Source of the DNA: Trichinella spiralis
Lineage: Eukaryota
DNA: 64,000 nt
Reading direction: 5' to 3'
Assembly: GCF_000181795.1 (NCBI RefSeq)
Contig: NW_003526940.1
Location: 1,654,571 to 1,718,570, forward strand
Of the stretch, positions 14,140-26,960 are shown in pieces; position 1 is the stretch's first letter; every line of letters starts with the position of its first letter. Position numbers and translations under genes: made by a program. Below the pieces are notes generated by a model. It was not told the DNA's origin. It worked only from the letters and a program-made list of their open reading frames with translations, and ran no database searches.

Positions 14140-14850
14140 TTCTCATTCAACAGCAGCCAAAATTACATTTGTTATGGGAAATGTTTGGTGGATGAAAGTC
14201 ACCGCAAGTTGCAACAAATTACATAAATTTAAATTTAATAGTGCTGAATTGCATTCCAAGAATTGGAACGAGGTTATTATTAAAGTGATTTAAGATATCC
14301 ATGCCCAGTTACGAAAACTGAAATCTTTACTTCTGAAAAGTTTAAAAAACAGCTTCGAATTTCTGAATTATTTAAACTTCATCATCTGAGCAATATCAGA
14401 ACAACCTTGTTGAAATGCTGTTGAAGAGTAATGTAAATAAGATTTAGTAAAAAAGTGATATATCGTCTGAACTGCTTACTGCTAAGTCATCCATAAATTG
14501 TTCTTCAACGATGAGCAGATGAAGAATATGTGATGTTTCAATGAAACTCTGTGAATTATTGTTAATCAAAAAATGATTTTACATCACCATATTATTTGCA
14601 ATGATATGTGTTTGCTTTTGGATATTAGGTAAAGACAACATAAAGTTACTACAATGTGGAGAAATTTCTTGAACAGTTCTACCGAATAAGATACTTAATG
14701 GAAAAACTTGTCGAATGGCACTACTTTTCAGTAAGACAGCAATACAGTTAATGGAACTTACTCTTCCATAGCCATAAAAAACGAAATCAGATAATTTCTT
14801 CAAAAATGCGACATTCGCAAATGCCTATATGTTAATGAAATGTGAATACC
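14140..14850 (+). pseudogene. Highly degenerate hAT (Buster/Charlie, ZBED5/8-like) transposase fragment
   Basis: Frameshifted peptides YGKCL, KFNSAELH, GNEVIIKV and SSIAIKNEIR*FLQKCDIR resemble Buster-family central and C-terminal motifs in the expected order. Many stops. Confidence 0.4.
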
Positions 14851-15301
14851 ACATCGAGGTGAAATTTTGTAATTTTATAAGAACTTGTTTGACAATAAAA
14901 TATACGTATGCATTCATCTACATCTGTTTATTATTTTAATCTGTTTGTAATGCATGTAAATAATTGCAAGTGTAAGAAGGAAAACCAAGGAAAAGTTAGT
15001 CATCAATTAGGAAAATTCAATTTTTAATTGTGTACAAATATAAATCAATGTATTCTATTGGTTGACAGGCAGTCGAGAGAGTATAAGAATAAAATTAAGC
15101 TGAAATTTGATTATATTGTAAATTTCTTCAAGTAAAGCAGGTAATACTACAATAAAATTAAAAAATGTGCAACTGTTTATTGTTTTCAAACAGAAAATGC
15201 AAAAAATCGTTTTAATGTCAAAAACACGACACTTTAATTGACAGGAACGATCTATTGCCGCTCAAAGAATGAATGCTCTTGCGTGTACAGAAAAAATGAA
15301 T

Positions 15302-17934
15302 TTAAGAGCAGGAATCCACTTTGGCAGCAATAGTGCTGAAACGTGCAAAAATATTCGCAAGTTGAATACAAACTGCAACGGCTGGTTCATATTTTTGTGA
15401 TATCTAAAAATCACCATCAATATATTAATAAAATTATAAAACACAGCAACATACAGCATAAGGCTTGTCAACTGTACAGAAAATATCTCCATTTTCAGGA
15501 ATCAACCAATTTGTAACATCCTTCTCTAAACTACTAGCTTGCGTATTAACATCTATAGGAGTTGAAACAAGAAGTATATGTCTTCCAGGAATTTTACAAT
15601 TTGCTTTCAATTTTTTATCCCGTCTTGACCATACTTTGATCGTCTTTTTCAACTGTCTAGATATTAATTTCTGGTATATTTCTGAAAACATTTCAACATA
15701 TGTTAGGCAATCTGACAGCATTTCAACAAAAAAAGAATATATCTAATAAGCAAAATCGAATATGTAAAATTTTACATGCCAATTTGTTCCAATAATACAA
15801 TAATTAACTTATGTGTTTTTCCGGAATTTACACATATTTTAATAATTCTATCATTTATAAAATGTATGAAAAGTTTCTCAAAATTAAATAATTACCATAT
15901 TTTGATCGTTCAGATTTGCTGAATATTTGAACGGGAACCGAGGGATTTGCTTGTGTCTTAATGTTCTGTTTTGCTGAAAATGGTGGCTTCAAAGCAGTTT
16001 CCCCACTTAACACCTTTTTTAGTGAAGGTCTGGTGTTTACTTCTGCATCAGGAACGTCATTGTAATAGATAAATGGTGAAGTCATCAATAAAGCAGCGGC
16101 TGAAATATTTCATTTCTTTTATTCTTTGTTTGTTTTTTGAAATAAGCGTTATGTAATATGCAGTATGTTTACAGTTCAGTTAATAGATTGCTGAACTGCT
16201 TGCACACCGCATATTTAGAAAGCAGTAATATTTTCAAGTTTTGTATTATTATTCTATAATATAATATTACATTATTGATAACAATTTTATTTTTAATATG
16301 GTATAAATATGATATACCTATGGTATAAATAATACTCAATAATTTGTTTTTACGAAGAAAAACACTGTTGAATAATGAATAATGAAATGAACAGAAGTCA
16401 TTTAATTCTTGAAATAATAAAAATTTAAGGCTAAATACATTTCTTATCGCATTTTTCGTGAAGATTCTATCCATATTTTTCATCTCATTGAATCTGCGTT
16501 GAGAGAAAGAAAATATTTTAAAAAACAAAGTAGCAAACGCAACTGACATTAAATAATATAAACTGAATAACTGCAATTCATTACACTTTAATTCAGGCAG
16601 ACTTCATTTAGGTAAATTATCATTTCAATATAAATAGACAAACCTATTGGTTCAATTTGAGATTCAGCAATTGTAAGACAAATCAACAAATGACCATTTG
16701 CATATTCTGATGCTGGAAATGTGTATGCCACTTTTGGTTTTGGATAACCAGGTACTGTATGAACAATCCAAGCAGCTTCATCTGTTGGAGCTGTAATGTC
16801 TAATATTACAACACCTAAACATGCATGATTAATAGCAACGTATTTTTTACAAAATTCTGCAAAAACCTTTGCTATTCGACTTTGTTTTAACTCCTACTAC
16901 ACCAGGTGCCGCATTGTTATATGCAAAAAATTTTTTATTATTATGGGCTCCAACTACACTTTCAAATGTTTTCAAAAATGAATGACCAGCACCGGCATCG
17001 AGATCTGCCGGATATCCTTCCCATGCCGCACCTGGTGGTATCAGAAGGCTTCCTCTTTTTTGTCCAGGTGGTTTATATAAAATGGCCCTATAATTGGAAT
17101 ATTATTGCAATAAGTATTATAATGCGTAATTACATTTAATAAAATAAATTAACATCGTTTTGTGTTATAGCGCATACTACTTGCATTGGGAACTAATTAA
17201 TATTTTTCAGCACTATTTATTTAAAACAAGAAGGTTGCATGCTCACCATTTGCATTTGAAACTTCTTCACAGTTAATATTATAATTCCAAATTCGGTATT
17301 AAATTTTCAAATTACTAGCACAAACGCTTAATTACAAAGCTGAGAGTCGTTCATTGATATTACAGTAATTTACAAAAATACTGTTCCTATTTGTGATTAC
17401 AATTATATTATTAATGATATTATATTCTGTAAGCTGATCATAAATGCAAAAAATAAGAAAGAATTTGCTTTAAAATTCTGAACAACTGCACTAACTGAAG
17501 TAGGATGAAATAACAAATTCAAATTTATAACTATTATGAAAAATATCAGTCACTGCTAAACTAAATCAATCGGAAAGTAATTTCTAATCAGACGCATGAC
17601 AATGTAATACATTTTTTATGAATAGCATATAATAAGCAATGCTTGACTGCTCTATAAGAATATTTTTAAATTAGTTGAAAAACGTGCAAAATTTTGCATG
17701 TGTTAAACTTTGCTGCCGTTAATATTTATCATTAATTAATAAAACGGCATGTATTTATGTTATCGTAAAAAGGAATTTTCAATAAATCATGCGCATGTGA
17801 GAGAAAAGGCAGAGCATAACATACCAGTCTACATTCCCTGCTCCATCAGCTTGTTGACATTTCGATGTTTGAGCAGCGCAGAAATACAAAGTGCAATGAA
17901 TCAATGATAATAATAATGCTAATTTTTTCATCAT
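15302..17934 (-). CDS. DNase II / plancitoxin-like secreted protein, copy A (6 exons)
   Basis: Signal-peptide exon MMKKLALLLSLIHCTLYFCAAQTSKCQ...VDW, then ILYKPPG, FAYNN, KSNSKGVV, AAWIVHTVPGYP, GHLLICL, SPFIYYN and a C-terminus ...VDSCS*. Same exon structure as copies B and C. Confidence 0.92.
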
Positions 17935-17944
17935 ATGAATCATT

Positions 17945-18125
17945 TGCTGATTTTATTATCAAAATGTTGATATTTATATGTCTCAATGAATTTTGGACTG
18001 TTTACGTAAATAATCACACTGAAAATCTAAGAAATCTTTGTTTTCTCAGTTGCGCATTGCATTTGTAAACAAGTAAAAACAGTGTGTGCAATCCCCATTT
18101 CAATATTGATGAGTTAGATGTGTGA
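17945..18125 (-). promoter_or_regulatory. Conserved upstream module of DNase II copy A
   Basis: Aligns with 19215-19405 and 23540-23740. Contains TGTTTAC (18065-18071 and 17999-18005) and an E-box at 18047-18052. Confidence 0.55.
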
Positions 18126-18323
18126 TTTAATGTTATTAATTAAAGTAAATTTCAGTAAAGCTAACGGAAAATTAATTCAAAGGTTGATTTAATATGTATT
18201 GCCACAAGTGTTTTAATAAAAATCATAAAAATTGTCGACAGCTATTTATTATAACTTATTTTGGAATTTAAGCGGGCATTTCTTCTCTATATATTCGTTT
18301 GTGAATTTTTCTGTCTATTTATT

Positions 18324-18430
18324 GATTGTGAAGGAGGACTGAAGGCATCATACAGCAACTCCCTTAATATAGCAAAAAATGCACAGTAGTATACCATTGG
18401 TGAGGAGATCATTATACCAGCTATTATGGT
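18324..18430 (+). pseudogene. hAT Buster/Charlie-family (ZBED5/ZBED8/SCAND3-like) transposase fragment
   Basis: Translates as GLKASYSNSLNIAKNAQ*YTIGEEIIIPAI, matching the family motif LxASYxISxxIAKxxKPxTIGExLIxPA. One in-frame stop. Confidence 0.75.
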
Positions 18431-19214
18431 AAATTAACGTAAAGGTGAAATGAATCTGATCGAGAATCAGTAATTATTAAAAGGGTAAAGAATACCTTAT
18501 AATAAAGAAATTTATTATTAACAATATTCATTGTATGAGTTTTGGGGTCGATGATGCAAATGCTCTAACTGTTCACTGATTCAAATTATTCTATTTTTAT
18601 TTGCTACAATACGTTTCATTTCATTGGTCCAAATATTTGATTACGTAATATTGCTACAAATAACATAACTGTTATCAAAAATCATGAAGTTTTTTCATTC
18701 ATTTAATATCTGTTTTTTCTTCAAATATTTGTTTTCCCATTTTACACTTTTTAGTGATCATTGTTTGTAATACTATTAAAAAAACTTTCTGTATTTCATT
18801 ATTATGGTAATTCATTAAAGTTAATAAAATGAAATAGCAATAGGTCAACAAATCAGCAAAATAATTTTTTTTATTTTTCGGTATTTAACAACAACAATAA
18901 AAACTGTAAATAACAGATAATGATATGAATAATAAACAACAGCAAATAACATACAATAACAGCAATAATAAGCAACAATAAGTAAAATAAGCAAATATAG
19001 GTGATGAATATTAACAAAGTGGAAGTACTGGAAAAGAAAAGAAAACAATAAAGTATGATAGAAATATAATACAAAACCACTTCTTTGATAGCGGCATTAA
19101 AACGACTCCGGAGCTGGATGCAATAAAGCTTCGAGAAACTGCTCCAACGTGCACCTGCCTTTGGTGTATTCACCCATATCTCTTAATTAGTTTTATTAAT
19201 TACGTCAAATAATA

Positions 19215-19405
19215 CATCAAGCTCATCACTTAATTGCGGATTATTCACACTGATTTCTGGAGTTGTTTATAAGTGCATTTATCAATTGAGAAAGCAAATA
19301 TTCCTAAAATTTTACAAGCTACTGTTTGAGTAAACAATTCGAAACACTGTGAGATTAGAAAATTAAGTGTGAAACATCTGCCAACATTTTGACAATAAGA
19401 TCAGC
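19215..19405 (+). promoter_or_regulatory. Conserved upstream module of DNase II copy B
   Basis: Homologous to the regions upstream of copies A and C. TGTTTAT 19264-19270, CAATTG 19283-19288, GTAAACA 19330-19336. Confidence 0.55.
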
Positions 19406-19415
19406 TGTGCATAAG

Positions 19416-22066
19416 ATGAAAGAAGTAACATTATTGGCATTGCTGATTTTTTGCATTTTTCATTTTTGCATTGCACAAATATCGAAATGTCGGCAAGCTA
19501 ATGGAGGAGGTGATATTGATTGGTATGCGATTTGGAAATTTTTATCTTATATTAGCACTGTATAATCAGTATATCTTTGTGAATAACATTAGTATTCATT
19601 AAAAAAATTAATAATTAGTAGTGAAAACAACAGAATCTCTTTTTTTATTTTTTTTAATGCTCTCCAAGTATTCATGCACACCAAACGGTTTTATGCTATG
19701 GCTGCATTATAGCACCAAAACATATTTCTTGCTACATGTGAATTTGAACATTTTTTGAAAACTCTTGTTAAATGCATTTTTGACATTTTACTGGGAAGGC
19801 AAAAATTTAATTTATATCATTTATCACCGAGTAACTGTACATAAACTTTTTACCAACTTCTGTTTTTACTTCATTTATGTTTCATTTACATTAAAACATG
19901 AAAATGATATTAAAATCGCATTTCACAAAAAGTAGGGTATATCTAGTGCGTTAGTCATCAAATTTCATTCATAAACGTTTAATAAATTTGTTTTCTTGAA
20001 TTGTTTGAATTTATCTACTATTACCTACATATAACATGCTTTGATGCTATGAAATGCGACAAATACACATTACCGCTCTGTTGTAACAAGTAATACAAGT
20101 AGCAAAAATAAAAAATATAAATAATAGAAAGTATGTAGTAAAATAATATAAAAAGAAATAGTAAAATATAAAATATAAAAAGCATAAAATTATTATCAGC
20201 TTATAAGCAGAATAGAAAATAATATAAGCGACTTAAATTTTAATTCATCAAAAGCAATATCGCGTTGAAATATGTATGCGAGTGACATTGAAATTATAGG
20301 GTGATTTTATACAAACCACCTGGAGAAAAGCGAGGAAAAATTCTGGTACCAGCGGCAGCGGCATGGGATGCATATCCACAAGATCTTCACAATGCTGCTG
20401 ATCATTCTTTTGTAAAAACATTAGAAAGTGTCACTGGAACTCATCAAAATAAACATTTCTTTGCTTATAACAATGTGGCAGCTGGAGCGGTAGGAGTTAA
20501 AACAAAATCAAATAGCAAAGGTCTTAGTAAAATTTCGTAAAAGAAAATGTTTCTATTAATTATGCATGTTTAGGTGTTGTAATATTAGACACTAGTGCTG
20601 GAGTAGATTCTGCTGCTTGGATTGTTCATACAGTACCTGGTTATCCAATACCAAAAGTGGCATACACATTTCCAGCATCAGAATATGCAAATGGTCATTT
20701 ATTGATTTGTCTTACAATTGCTGAATCTCAAATTGAACCAATAGGTTTGTTTACTTACATTGAAGTATGAATTTTAATACTATACAAAATAATGTTTTCT
20801 CTGAACGAGATTGCAAAAAATAGCAACTATTCAATTTCTGTGACAAGATGGATTCTATTATTAATTTGAATTTCTTCATCTTCTGAGATTTTTAAAATGT
20901 CCCACACTATCAATGACGATGAAAAGAAGTGAAAAACGTGGAAGAAAATCATTCACATAGTTAAACATGTGGCACATCACATTTTTATTTATTTACGAAT
21001 TAATCGCTTTTTGTATTCATCTGTATTCATATGAATTAATTGTAAAAAGACATAATTTCAATAATCACCAATTATTCTGTGGCAATAAAAAATAATTTTA
21101 AATGCATGCTGCTTGAATAATAAAAATCTTGAAAGCATTACTGTTTCCTAAAGATGTGGCATAGAAAAAGTTCAGCAATCATTATACCACATTATATGCA
21201 TAGTGCATACTATTTAACGCTTAATTTGGAAAATAATGAAATTATAGCAGGATATATATATATATGTGTGTGTGTGTGTGTTTAAGCGGCTGCCTTATTT
21301 ATGGCTTCGCCATTCATCCATTATAACGATGTTCCGGAAACTGAAGTGAGAACTAGACCTAGATTAAGAAAGTTACTCAACGGAGAAACTGCTGTCATGC
21401 CACCGTTTACAACAAAGCAGAACATTGGTACACAGGCTGTTCCTTCAGTTCCAGTTCAAATATTCAGCAAATCTGGAAGATCAAAATATGGTAACTATTT
21501 CATTTGTAGAAAGATATTTGAAATTTTGCAAAATTGTTCAACCCCTAAAATATGAGCACGTACGGACAAAACGTATAAATTATTTATTGAGTAATCATCA
21601 AAAATTTGAATTTGTAATTTCACATACTTTTTCTTATTGCTGAAATATTTTAGCATTTTGCACTATTTCACCTTGAAATGTTTTCAGAAATATACCAGAA
21701 AATAATATCTAGACAGTTGAAAAAGACCATCAAAGTATGGTCAAGACGGGATAAAAAATTGAAAGCAAATTGTAAAATTCCTGGAAGACATATACTTCCT
21801 GTTTCAAGTCCTATAAGTGTTGACAACCAAGCTAGTAGTTTAGAGAAGGATGTTACAAATTGGTTGATTCCTGAGAATGGAGATATTTTCTGTGCAGTTG
21901 ACAAGCCTTATGCGGTATGTTACTATGGTTTATAATTTCCTTAATATATTTATGGTGATTTTAGATTTCACAAAAATATGAACCAGCTGTTGCAGTTTGT
22001 ATTCAACTAGCGAGTATTTTTGCACGTTTCAACACTATTGCTGCCAAAGTGGATTCCTGTTCATAA
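19416..22066 (+). CDS. DNase II / plancitoxin-like secreted protein, copy B (exons ~19416-19522, 20300-20520, 20574-20744, 21287-21490, 21688-21914, 21965-22066; ~343 aa)
   Basis: Phase-compatible GT-AG exons give an open ~343-aa protein with a signal peptide (MKEVTLLALLIFCIFHFCIAQ) and DNase II motifs DW.ILYKPP, YNN, WIVHTVPGYP, GHLLICL, FSKS. Confidence 0.93.
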
Positions 22067-23539
22067 ATGCAATTTATTCAAAGTTGATTTTACTTGATCG
22101 GTAATAAACTACTGTTGTCAATAAGAGTATCATGTTTTTTGTCACTAAAACAGTTTTTCATATTTTACGTTTGAAAACAATGGATACTCACATATTACGT
22201 AAAAGTTTTATGATAGTTATGCATAATTTACTGCTTACAATGTGCACTGCTATCAACCTTCAATCTGATTTCTTTTTCATTCTTCTCTCAATTTCCTGGC
22301 AACCTATAGAATAATAAAATAATATCTACTGACAAATAAATCCAAATTGATTTTCTCTTATTATTTCTTCACCTTTCTTTGCTTTTTCTGGCATTTGTAA
22401 TTGTTTATATGAATTGTAAATAAATTAAGCGCATAAATAGAGGTAGATATGTGCACATGCTTTTTTGAGTTGCCAAATGAATTTACAAATGATCATTTTG
22501 AAGAGAAATCTTATCGAAAATTGATTTTGTAATAAAAATATATGAATATGAAGCAAATCTTTTGATTTGAAAATTTATGGTATTTGCAAAAAAAACTTAC
22601 GTTTAGCATTTGGTACTTCATAAATTGTATCTACTGTGTACATCTGTTTTACAAATAAATAATATAGGGGGAAATTGATATTTTTAAGTGAAAATGTTAA
22701 TCTGCTTTTGCATCATTTGCAACTGAATTTTCAGTGGATAATATTATGCGTATTAAACAATTTTGAAAATCATAGACTTATATTTTCAGACATGAAATAT
22801 GAAATTTGTATGTAATGCTTACTACAGAGATATGAATAACAATATATCACAATAAAAAATGAATTCAAACCATATTATATGATTTAGGTACATGTAAATT
22901 TAATACAAAGGGTTATGGAAAATGACAACATTTTACAAGAACAGATTTTACTTTTTCTAACATGTTGATATCTCTTTATTCTGATACATTTGCCTGTTAT
23001 CACATTTATCATTTCCTAATAGTCACACTGAATATGTCTACAGCTTTATCCAGTGGAAGGACTGGTAAAGAAGGCTCAACACATTCTAATGACCTTCATT
23101 TTGTCCATCGGATGTTAATTAAATGCATACTCACGCAGATCAAAAATTCATGTATTTTTAAATATTGAATGCACCTTCTGACGTTTTTGTCAACACTTTT
23201 GCATGAAAACACTAACAGTTCACTGCTATATAAATATGAAATTTTTTGTTTTTTGCAAAACTCGAACCAATATTTCATTACCAAAAATTAATCCTGAGAA
23301 AAGCAGCAGTGGAATGTCATTCAGAGATGCTGAAAACAAACTATGTCAGCGATTACATTTATTGTTACTAATATAGAACATAGAAATAACAGCTTCTTAA
23401 ATGTGAAAAGGAGTTATTATGCTCAGATTTTTATGATATTTATTGCTTTTTGTAAAACATTTTTTGCAACACATATTAAATTAATCCAGAAATTACATTT
23501 CTTTTACTAAAATAATCTGTTTCATTATCAGCTTTGTTA

Positions 23540-23740
23540 ATAACATCAAGCCACACATCAAGCATATCGACATCTGAATGTTGATTTTTGGAGTTTGTTT
23601 ACAAATGTAATTCTCAACTGATAAAGCAAATATTTCTAAAATTTCACAAACGACAATTTAAATAAACTATTCAAAACTCATTGAGATGAGAATATTAAGT
23701 GAAAAATAGCCTAGCCCAGCATTTTGGCAATAAAATCAGC
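23540..23740 (+). promoter_or_regulatory. Conserved upstream module of DNase II copy C
   Basis: Homologous to the A and B upstream regions. TGTTTAC 23596-23602, CAACTG 23615-23620. Confidence 0.55.
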
Positions 23741-23741
23741 G

Positions 23742-26487
23742 ATGCGTTTGATTAAAAAATTACCATTATTAGCATCACTGATGTTATGCATATTTCAATT
23801 CTGCAGTGCTCAAACATCGAAATGCCAAGTGGCTGCTGGAAATGGGAATGCAGATTGGTGAGTTATTCGCCACATTTACTCATCCGCGCGCAATATTTTT
23901 GAAAATAACTTTTTGAGTAAAAAGAATTATTTTTGAATAATTTTAATTGTAATTAAATTAATTGCTAATAAATACTTTAGAAATGAGAGTTTCGTAATTT
24001 AATTTATGACGCTTTTCAAGTAATTCATCCAAATGCAAATCAAGCAAGTTTTCTTTGTTTACTTTGATCATTTGCAGTAACTAGTGTCAGAATGCCAGCA
24101 AATAAATTTCTTTTTACTAATACTGTATGACCTCAACTGATATTTTTCACAGCAGCTGTGAATTTGAATTTGTCATTATATTCTATGTGATGTAATAACC
24201 ATTAATTTTGAAACAATTCTTCAATTTTTTTATTTTAAATATTGTTTAATGTACATGACATTATTACTTTTGAAACTGAAGTGTAACCTAGGAATACTAT
24301 TTCTTCAAAATTGTATTTCACTACATTAGCACTGAACTTGTATTAGCTTTGTAATTAACATAATTGTTCACAATTTAATAAAGTAATGTGTAAATTAAGG
24401 TTTGTAACGTCCTGAATTTTAGTTTCGCCTTGTTTGAATCAAGCTTATAAGGCAACGAACTTTTCAGAAGCTCTAGTGTGCGTCGACAGTAACACTTATT
24501 GCATATTAAAAATATAAATAAAAATAAATCAATAAATGCATATATGCATAAACCGTACTTTCACTGTTATATTATACTTTTTTGAAATTTCTTTTTGGGT
24601 TATCTGTAAAGTTGCAATCAAATGCAAAACCTGCGGATAAAACATAGTCATCGATATGCTATAAATAGATGGTATAAAAGCACGAAATTAACAGACAATG
24701 CTAGCATTGTTCATAATAACAAAAACTACGCAAACATTTATTTCATTAAGAGTAAATATTAAAAATAATGATAAAATAATGTATCCGAATGAACTTATAG
24801 GGCCATTTTATACAAACCACCTGGAGAAAAAGCAGGAAAAATTTTGGTACCGGCAGGAGGAGCATGGGCACCAAATCCAAGAGATCTTGAGAATGCTGCA
24901 GATCACTCATTTGCAAAAGCATTAGAAAGTGTTGCTCAAAATCATCGGGATAAAAGTTTTTTTGCATATAACAATGCAGCACCCGGTGTAATAGGAATTA
25001 AAACAAAATCAAATAGCAAAGGTCTTTTTGAGAAGGGGTAAAGATGGAAGTTGCTACATTTTATGCATGTTTAGGAGTTGTAATATTAGACAGTACTCCG
25101 CAAACAGATTCTGCTGCTTGGATTGTTCATACAGTACCTGGTTATCCAATACCAAAAGTGGCATATACGTTTCCAGCATCAGAATATGCAAATGGTCACT
25201 TGTTGATTTGTCTTACAATTGCTGAATCCCAAATTGAACCAATAGGTTTGTTTACTTATATTGAAGTTTTAATTTTAATTTGACGTAATTGAATCTTGAA
25301 GGACAATGAAAGTGATTGCAGTTATTCAATTTCTTACAAGATTGATTTTCTTAACTTCAGTTCCTGTATCTACTTTGTTTTTAAGAAATCTTTCTTTCTT
25401 TCAATGAAGATAACAAGAAGAGAAAAGATCTCGTTATTCATTCTCCAATTTGTATTATTTTATAAATTACTTCGCTTTCATTGGATTTACAATTCATTAC
25501 AAGCAGTGCTTTTTAAAGCAAAAAAGTACACTGTTGCAATAATAACAAAGCTAAGGACAAATCTATCTATGAATAACAGAAAGCTTTGTGAAAATTTTAT
25601 TAGGGAAGGAATTTACTAATTTATTTTCTGAACAATAGGAATATCATAAGCTTCTTTTCAGTGAATTTATAAAGTAAACTAAGCATAACGGAATACACAT
25701 ATTTCAGCAGTTGCTTTATTTGTGGCATCACCATTCATCCATTACAATGATGTCCCTGATGCAGAAGTAAGAACGCGACCAACGCTAAAAAAGCTACTGA
25801 ATGGAGAAACTCCTATCCATCCACCTTTCTCATCGAAACAAGCCATTAAAACACAAGCAGGTGACCCAGTTTCAGTTCAAATATTCAGCAAATCTGGAAG
25901 ATCAAAATATGGTAACTATTTCATTTGTAGAAAGATATTTGAAATTTTGCAAAATTGTTAAACCCCTAAAATATGAGCACGTATGGACAAAACGTATAAA
26001 TTATTTATTGAGTAATCATCAAAAATTTTAATTTGTAATTTCACATACTTTTTCTTATTGCTGAAATATTTTAGCATTTTGCACTATTTCACCTTGAAAT
26101 GTTTTCAGAAATATACCAGAAAATAATATCTAGACAGTTGAAAAAGACGATAAAAGTATGGTCAAGACGGGATAAAAAATTGAAAGCAAATTGTAAAATT
26201 CCTGGAAGACATATACTTCTTGTTTCAAGTCCTATAAGTGTTGACAACCAAGCTAGTAGTTTAGAGAAGGATGTTACAAATTGGTTGATTCCTGAGAATG
26301 GAGATATTTTCTGTGCAGTTGACAAGCCTTATGCGGTATGTTACTATGGTTTATAATTTCCTTAGTATATTTATGGTGATTTTAGATTTCACAAAAATAT
26401 GAACCAGCTGTTGCAGTTTGCATGCAATTAGCGAATATTTTTGCACGTTTCAACACTATTGCTGCCAAGGTGGATTCCTGTTCTTAA
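23742..26487 (+). CDS. DNase II / plancitoxin-like secreted protein, copy C (6 exons)
   Basis: MRLIKKLPLLASLMLCIFQFCSAQTSKC...ADW, followed by the same exon series and motifs as copy B. Stop TAA at 26485-26487. Confidence 0.93.
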
Positions 26488-26720
26488 ATTCAAATTCATC
26501 AAACAGGCATCGGCATTCTTTTTTTAAACAATGATGAATCGTTTCTGCCAAGTAAAGTATCATGGTTTTAACATTAAAACGAACTCATACGAAAAAACTT
26601 TTTCGTTTCTGCATTTCATAAATGCGGTACATTCCTTTCACCTTTCATATAAATTTAAGTTGTAACTGAAATTAATATCTGTTTATCCAATATTCTGAAG
26701 TGGCTAACAGTGATGTTTTA

Positions 26721-26960
26721 TGTTGTTTATGTGAACTGATTGATATATGCAGAGACTTTACTTGTAATGACAACACAATACCAAGTTAATGTATAATACA
26801 CGGGAGATTACACACACAGAGAGACAGTGCACACCGAGAGAGCGCGGGAACACACCTACGCACGCACACCGGTGACGTGCACTGCTGCATCAACTGTAAT
26901 ATGTTCCTGCGCGTTCTTTTTGTAGATATTTTTGATGGCGTAGAATCACAATACATTACA
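26721..26960 (-). mobile_element. Short solo LTR-like element (240 bp), putative 5-bp TSD TTTTA
   Basis: TG..CA termini with TTTTA on both flanks (26716-26720, 26961-26965) and a GC-rich core. A diverged homolog lies at ~59277-59474. Confidence 0.55.

Noticed and set aside
18845..19173. Hydrophobic minus-strand ORFs
   Set aside because: Low-complexity AAT/AAC-rich sequence that yields Leu/Ile/Phe/Tyr-rich pseudo-ORFs.
24403..24494. TGTAACG...GTAACA mini LTR-like segment in DNase II copy C intron 1
   Set aside because: Too short and no TSD; could be chance.
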